64,000 nt of DNA from the human T2T-CHM13v2.0 reference genome, Homo sapiens: the NCBI RefSeq assembly GCF_009914755.1, contig NC_060936.1; one strand, 5' to 3'. The position numbers and the translations under genes were made by a program. The notes under the pieces were generated by a model. It searched no databases. It had not been told where the DNA came from and saw only the letters and a program-made list of their open reading frames with translations. Numbering within the stretch: the stretch's first letter is position 1; every line of letters begins with the position of its first letter. Below are positions 55,289 through 64,000 of this stretch, one piece after another.

Positions 55289-55354
55289 AAAGCATAATAA
55301 GAAAAAGATAAGGCTTCATGCATGATCTGCAAGACTGTTTCTGGTGATCTTCAA
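55289..55354 (+). repeat. 66-bp dispersed direct repeat, copy 2
   Basis: 62/66 identical to 54069-54134. Confidence 0.92.
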
Positions 55355-55829
55355 GATATCTTAAGTCAGGAGTACTTAGGGCTGGAAAGCCAGGAATTGT
55401 GAGGGGGCGGGGGAAGACCACCCAAAGTTTCAATGATATCATACAATTGATTCTTGGCTTTTTAACACTCTTTGGAAAAGCTCTCTCTTTTTTTCTCTCT
55501 CTCACACTATTTTCTTTGCTGAGAAAAACAGACTGCTGTTTTTGAAATTTTGATGATGCAGTTAACAAAGCTTGTAAATTGCTTATGGGAAGACATAGCT
55601 GGAAAATACCAGTTAGAATCCTACAGGGAGACCCAGTTGTTGGGGTGTCAGTCAGCTTTGTCAGATTCTGACTTTGGCATGGGTTATGGGGTTGGGGATG
55701 TAGAGGGACAATGGGGCTGCCAGAGTAGCCTTCTTGGAGTTTCCTCTCATGATATCAAAGCTACCCTGACCACAGGATATATTGTTTTTATTGCAAATTG
55801 ACTTTGTGAGTTTGAATTTCAAGTCAGCT

Positions 55830-56905
<1,076 letters not shown>

Positions 56906-56928
56906 TATTGTGAGAGTAGGTTTGTTAT

Positions 56929-57308
56929 TGTCTTAGTCCTTTTTCTGCTGCAATAACAAAATATCAGACTGGGTAATTTATAAAGAAAAGAGATTTATTT
57001 GGCTTATCATTCTGGAGCTTGGGAAGTCCAAGATTGAGGGGTTGCATCTGGTGACGGCCTTCTTGCTGCATCAAAACATGGCGGAAGACATTACATGGCA
57101 AGAGAACAAATGTGTGTGAGAGATAAATGGGGGTCAAAGCTCATCCTTTTACCAGGAACCCACTCCCATGCGAACTAACCCACTTTCGCGATAACTGCAT
57201 TGATTTATTCATGGGCTACTCACCTCTTAAAAGTCCCACCTCTCAATACTGTTATAATGGAAATTAAATTTCAACATGGGTTTTGGAGGGGACACTCAAT
57301 CCATGGCA
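56929..57308 (-). mobile_element. MST (C/D-like) 3' LTR
   Basis: TGTCTTAGTCC..CCATGGCA. Confidence 0.9.
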
Positions 57309-59354
<2,046 letters not shown>

Positions 59355-59611
59355 TGTCTTAATTTGTTTTCTCCTACTATAACAGAATACCTAAGACTAG
59401 GTAGTTTATAAAGAACAGAGATGTATTGCTTACAGGTCTGGAGGGTGGGAAGTGTAAGGTGGAGGGTCTCATATCTTGCAAGGGTGGTCATGCTGCATCA
59501 TCCCATGATAGAAGGCAGAAGGGCAAGAGAGCATGAGAGAGAGGAGGGAGAGAGGGAAAGAGAGAGAGACAGAGAGAAAAAACAACAGAGAGCTGAACTC
59601 ACTTTTATAAC
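59355..59611 (-). mobile_element. MST 5' LTR, downstream two-thirds only
   Basis: TGTCTTAATTTGTTTT..GAACTCACTTTTATAAC. Confidence 0.88.
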
Positions 59612-59710
59612 TGCTTTGGCTTTAATGTCATTCCAAAACTCATGTTGAAATTTATTGCCATTGTAACAATATTCAGAGGTGGGATCTTTAAGAGGTGATT
59701 AGGTCATAAG
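59612..59710 (+). mobile_element. MST LTR first ~100 bp in the opposite orientation
   Basis: TGCTTTGGCTTTAATGTC..TCCAAAACTCATGTTGAAATTT..TTAAGAGGTGATTAGGTCAT; reverse complement aligns with 57213-57308. Confidence 0.88.
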
Positions 59711-61108
59711 ACCTAATCAATGGGGTGAATGAATCTTGCAGTGGTTGGAACTTTGATCTCTTTCATTGAGCTCCCAGATGCTGAGTTTATAATTTTAATT
59801 TCTAGGATTAAGAAACTCTTCTTAGGTGCCCAAATTGGAAAAAAAAAATGTATATGGTTGGTGGAAGTCTTTTCGTACTAGCACTGCTGTTTGCCTCTCT
59901 TGTCATATTTGTTGTCTATCAGGAAGAGAAAATTCATAGGGAAGTAGACAAGCATAGGCACTGAAATAAGCCCTTTCCTTAAGCAGGCCATGGGGACTGA
60001 GAAGTTCAGTTCAAAAAGGAGCACTTTAAACTTCCAATGGTCCTCATTTCTTAATGCTTATAAAAAAAATCTGAAATATTCAGATTCCAAAATCTTTTTT
60101 CTAAGATATTACTTGGCCAAAGCAAAATTTTAAATAATCTTAAATCAATTTCTCTCTTTAGACCCTCCTGAATCACAATTTTAACCTAATAATAGCCTAC
60201 TCTCCCCAAATCCTATACGCTTCCATTTCCTTCTGCCCCATTTATCCCTCTGATTTGCTCTTCCTCCCTCTAGGCTCTCCTGCATCACCTTAAGCTCCAT
60301 TGTCTCTTAGAGTTAAATCTCCCTCAGAACAAACAAAACCCTTTTCTGTTGATTTCAAACCCTGGTCTCAGTCTTAGCTGAGAGCCATTGTCAAAAGACT
60401 TTTCAAAGCCCAGACAGGACAGGGAGAAATTTGCAGAGAAATTATCTTATGAATGTATAATGCAGGACTCACTAATCTTATCAATAAGTTCATGTGCTAG
60501 TGGTAATCTTACATGCTAAGGACTGGATAGAAAGAGCAGGGTTGGAAGCTCTCAAGAATGATTTAAAAGGACCCTGGCTTTTACAGAAAATCAGAGGGCC
60601 TTAGAAAAGCTGTAAATGTTGGATAAGGTCTTTTGGAGTCTAACCCAAAGTCTTCTCTATGAAGGTAGATTAGACTGTAATCCAGTCGGAAGCAAGGAAA
60701 GGATGAGTTCTTTGGAGACTTCAGAGATAGTTCTTTATACCTTTAGACACCATTCAGGAGAAGATCTTGAAGCAGATGCAGCCCTGGCTCTCCATTAACT
60801 TTTCACAAATAAATATTGCCAAGTCAGAAGTTGGGTATTTAACACATAAGAATAGATTAGAATAGGAAATGACCCTACTGCCAGAACTCCCAATTCCTTG
60901 CTGAGTGCTTTGAAAAGAGCTTAGGACAAAAACGAAGTGGAAATCTGAATAAATTTATGGCCTTACCAATAAAACATCTGGATGCTCCCACATTAGTCAT
61001 TCAACTCCAAAGGAGGGAGTCTCTTAATAAAGATAGTAGTACATATTTAAAAAAAAGACATTGCAAAAAGAATTGCCCTGTCTTGGCTAAAAAACAGTAG
61101 AGAAAATA

Positions 61109-61260
61109 CAGTCTTCCTTCGGTATCCATGAGGAATTGGTTTCAGGATACAAAAATTTGCAGATACTCAAATAACCAGTATAAAGTGGTGTAGTAATTGC
61201 ATATAACCTACATATAACCTCCTATATACTTTAAATAATCTCCAGATTACTTATAATACC
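61109..61260. mobile_element. MER2 (TcMar-Tigger), interrupted by THE1
   Basis: TA|CAGTCTTCCTTCGGTATCCATG..ctttaaataatctccagattacttataatacc. Confidence 0.85.
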
Positions 61261-61508
61261 TGTATTCGTCCATTTTCACACTGCTAAAATAACTTCCTTG
61301 AGACTGGGTAATTTGTAAAGGAAAGAGGTTTTATTGATTCACAGTTCCACCTGACTAGAGAGGGCTCAGGAAACTTACAATCATAGCAGAAGGCAAAGGG
61401 GAAGCACGCACCTTCTTCACAAGGTGGCGAGAGAGAAGAAAGCCAGCAAAGGAGAAATGGTCAACACTTATAAAATCATCAGCTCTCATAAGAACTCACT
61501 CACTATCT

Positions 61509-61715
61509 ATCGAGACCATCCTGGCTAACATGGTGAAACCCTGTCTCCACTAAAAATACAAAAAATTAGCCAGGTGTGGTGGCGGGCACCTGTAGTCCCA
61601 GCTACTCAGGAGGCTGAGGCAGGAGAATGGCATGAATCTGGGAGGCGGAGCTTGCAGTGAGCCAAGATTGCCCCACTGCACTCCAGCCTGGGTGACAAAG
61701 TGAGACTCCATCTCA

Positions 61716-61745
<30 letters not shown>
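61509..61745 (+). mobile_element. 5'-truncated AluY in the THE1 LTR
   Basis: TSD AAGAACTCACTCA(C/G)TATC (61490-61507 / 61746-61763). Confidence 0.93.
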
Positions 61746-61748
<3 letters not shown>

Positions 61749-62584
61749 AACTCACTCAGTATCATGAGAACAGCATGGGGTAAACCACCATTGTTATCCA
61801 ATCACCTCCCACTAGGTCCCTCCCTTGACACATGGGGATTACAATTTGAGATGAGATTTGGGTGAGGACAAAAGGTCAAACCATATCATTTCACCCCTGG
61901 CCCCTCCAAAATCTCATGTATTTCTCACATTTCAAAGCAGTCATGGCTTCTGAACAGTTCTCCAAAGTCTTAACTCATTCCAGGATTAACCCAAAAGTCC
62001 AAGTCCAAAGTATCATCTGAGACAAGGCAAGTCCCTTCCACCTATGAGCCTATAAAATCAAAAGCCAGTTAGTTACTTCCTAGATACAATGGCATTACAG
62101 GCATTAGAAAATGCTTCCATTCCAAATGGGAGAAATTGCCCAAAACAAAGGGGCTACAGGCTCTATGCAAGTCTGATAGCCAACAGGGCAGTGATTAAAT
62201 CTTAAAGCTCCAAAATAATAGTTTTTGACTTCATGCCTCATATCCAGGGCATGCCAGTGCAAGGGGTGGGCTTGCGTGGCCTTGGGTAGCTCATTCATGG
62301 GCTGGTGTTGACTGCCTGCAGCTTTTCCAGGTGCATGATGCAAGCTGTTGGTGGATCTACCACTCTGAGGTCTGGAGGACAGTGGCCCTCTTCTCACAGC
62401 TTCACTAGGTAGTGTCCCAGTGAGGATTCTGTGTGGGGACTCCAATCCCACATTTCTCTTCTGCACTGCCCTAGCAGAGGTTCTCCATGAGGGCTCTAAC
62501 CCTGCAGCAGACTTCTGCCTGGACATTCAGGCATTTCCATACAGCCTCTGAAATCTAGGTGGAGGTTCCCGAATCTCAATTCTT

Positions 62585-62919
62585 TGTTTATTTATGTATT
62601 TATTTACTGTAGAAAGTCAAACAATATAGAGGAGATATTCTGATGTCTCTTCTTCTTCTTCTATTTTTTATTTTACTTTATCAGATACATGTGCAGAACA
62701 TGCAGGTTTGTTACATAGGTATACATGTGCTATTGTGGTTTGCTCCGCTATCAATCTGTCATCTAGGTTTTAAGCCCCACATACATTAGGTATTTGTCCT
62801 AATGCTCTCCCTCCCCTTGCCTCTCACCCCCTGACAGATTCTGGTGTGTGACGTTCCCCTCCCTGTGTCCATGTGGTCTCATTGTTCAGCTCCCACTTAT
62901 GAGTGAGAACATGAGGTGG
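62585..62919 (-). mobile_element. Short L1PA8-like 3' end with extra 3' sequence
   Basis: L1 3' UTR 62663-62919; TSD CC(G/A)AA(T/C)CTCAATTCTT (62569-62584 / 62920-62935). Confidence 0.88.
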
Positions 62920-64000
62920 CCAAACCTCAATTCTTGACTTCTGTGCACCCACAGGCACAACACCACATGAAATCTGCCAAGGCCTGGGGCTTGCACCCTC
63001 TGAAGCAATGGGCTGAGCTGTTTTTAGTCATGGCTGGAGTTGAAGTGGCTGGGATGCAGGGTGCCATGTCCTGAGGCTGCACAGAGCAGCAGGGGCCCTG
63101 GGCCCAGCAAGCAAAACCATTTTTATCTCCTAGGCCTCCATGTCTGTGATGAGAGGAACTGCTGTGAAGATCTCTGACATGCCCTGGAGATATTTACCCC
63201 ATTTTCTTGGTGATTAATATTTGGCTCCTCATTACTTATGCAATTTCTGCAGCTGGCTTGAATTTTTCCCTAGAAAATTGGTTTTTCTTTTCTACCTCGT
63301 AGTCAGACTGCAAATTTTCCAAACTTTTATGCTCTGTTTTTTCTTGAATGCTTTGCCACTTAGAAATTTCTTCCACCAGATACCCTAAATCATCTCTCTC
63401 AAGTTCAAAGTTCCACAGATCTCTAGGGCAGGGGCAAAATGCCACCAGTCTCTTTGCTAAAGCATAGCAAGAGTGACCATTACTCCAGTTCCCAGTAAGT
63501 TACTCATCTCCATCTGAGACCACCTCAGCCTGGACTTCATTGTTCATCTCACTATCAACATTTTGGTCAAAGCCATTCAACAAGTCTCTAGGAAGTTCCA
63601 AACTTTCCCACATCTTCCTGTCTTCTTCTGAGCCCTCCAAACTTTTCCAACCTCTGTGCATTACCTGGTTCCAAAGTTTCGTCCGCCTTTCAAGCATCTT
63701 TATAGCAGTACCCTACTCCTGGTACCAATTTACTGTACTAGTTCATTTTCACACTGCTGTAAAGAACTTCCCTGAGACTGTGTAATTTGTAAAGGAAAGA
63801 GGTTTAATTGACTCACAGTTGACATGGCTAGAGAGGCCTCAGGAAACATACAATCATGGCAGAAGGCAAAGGGGAAGCAAGCACCTTCTTCACAAGGTGG
63901 CAGGAAATAGAAGAAAGACAGTGAAGGAGGAACTGTCAACACTTTAAAACCATCAGATCTCATGGGAACAGCATGGGGGAAACCACCACCATGATCATCC

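Larger units (their letters stand above)
61261..64000 (-). mobile_element. Full-structure THE1D-like MaLR provirus (3' LTR 61261-61888, internal 61889-63733, 5' LTR from 63734 to the window edge)
   Basis: Two concordant LTRs; internal ORFs 63500-63697, 63236-63445 and 62104-62526 (LEGSEEDRKMWESLELPRDLLNGFDQN) are the broken THE1 ORF. Confidence 0.93.

Noticed and set aside
62104-63697. Intact THE1 ORF
   Set aside because: Broken into several frames and interrupted by an L1

Overview
This is primate (human-like) euchromatic DNA, intergenic or intronic, not a prokaryotic accessory region. More than half of it is recognisable transposable-element sequence: about 20 Alus (J/S/Y), L1 (PA, MB, MC, ME), L2, many MIRs, MaLR/ERVL LTR elements (THE1, MST, MLT1, MLT2, LTR16, LTR33) and DNA-transposon relics (MADE1, MER1B, MER2, MER3, MER20B, MER63A, MER81, MER102, Tigger3). 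I could not support any host protein-coding gene, tRNA, rRNA or CRISPR array. The ORF track is explained by repeats, microsatellites or chance. Family and subfamily names come from recalled consensus sequences, not from a RepeatMasker run. The most unusual structure is an MST (MaLR) provirus at 56.9-59.7 kb. Its 5' LTR is circularly permuted and partly inverted, and a 5-bp duplication flanks the two LTR termini in INVERTED orientation (GTTAT/ATAAC), the geometry expected of an autointegration circle. Other oddities: a rebuilt MADE1 carrying a miR-548-type sequence and two extra hairpins, several fold-back (template-switch-like) inverted repeats, a short L1 3' transduction, a 97-bp foreign patch inside an Alu, and a 66-bp dispersed direct repeat.
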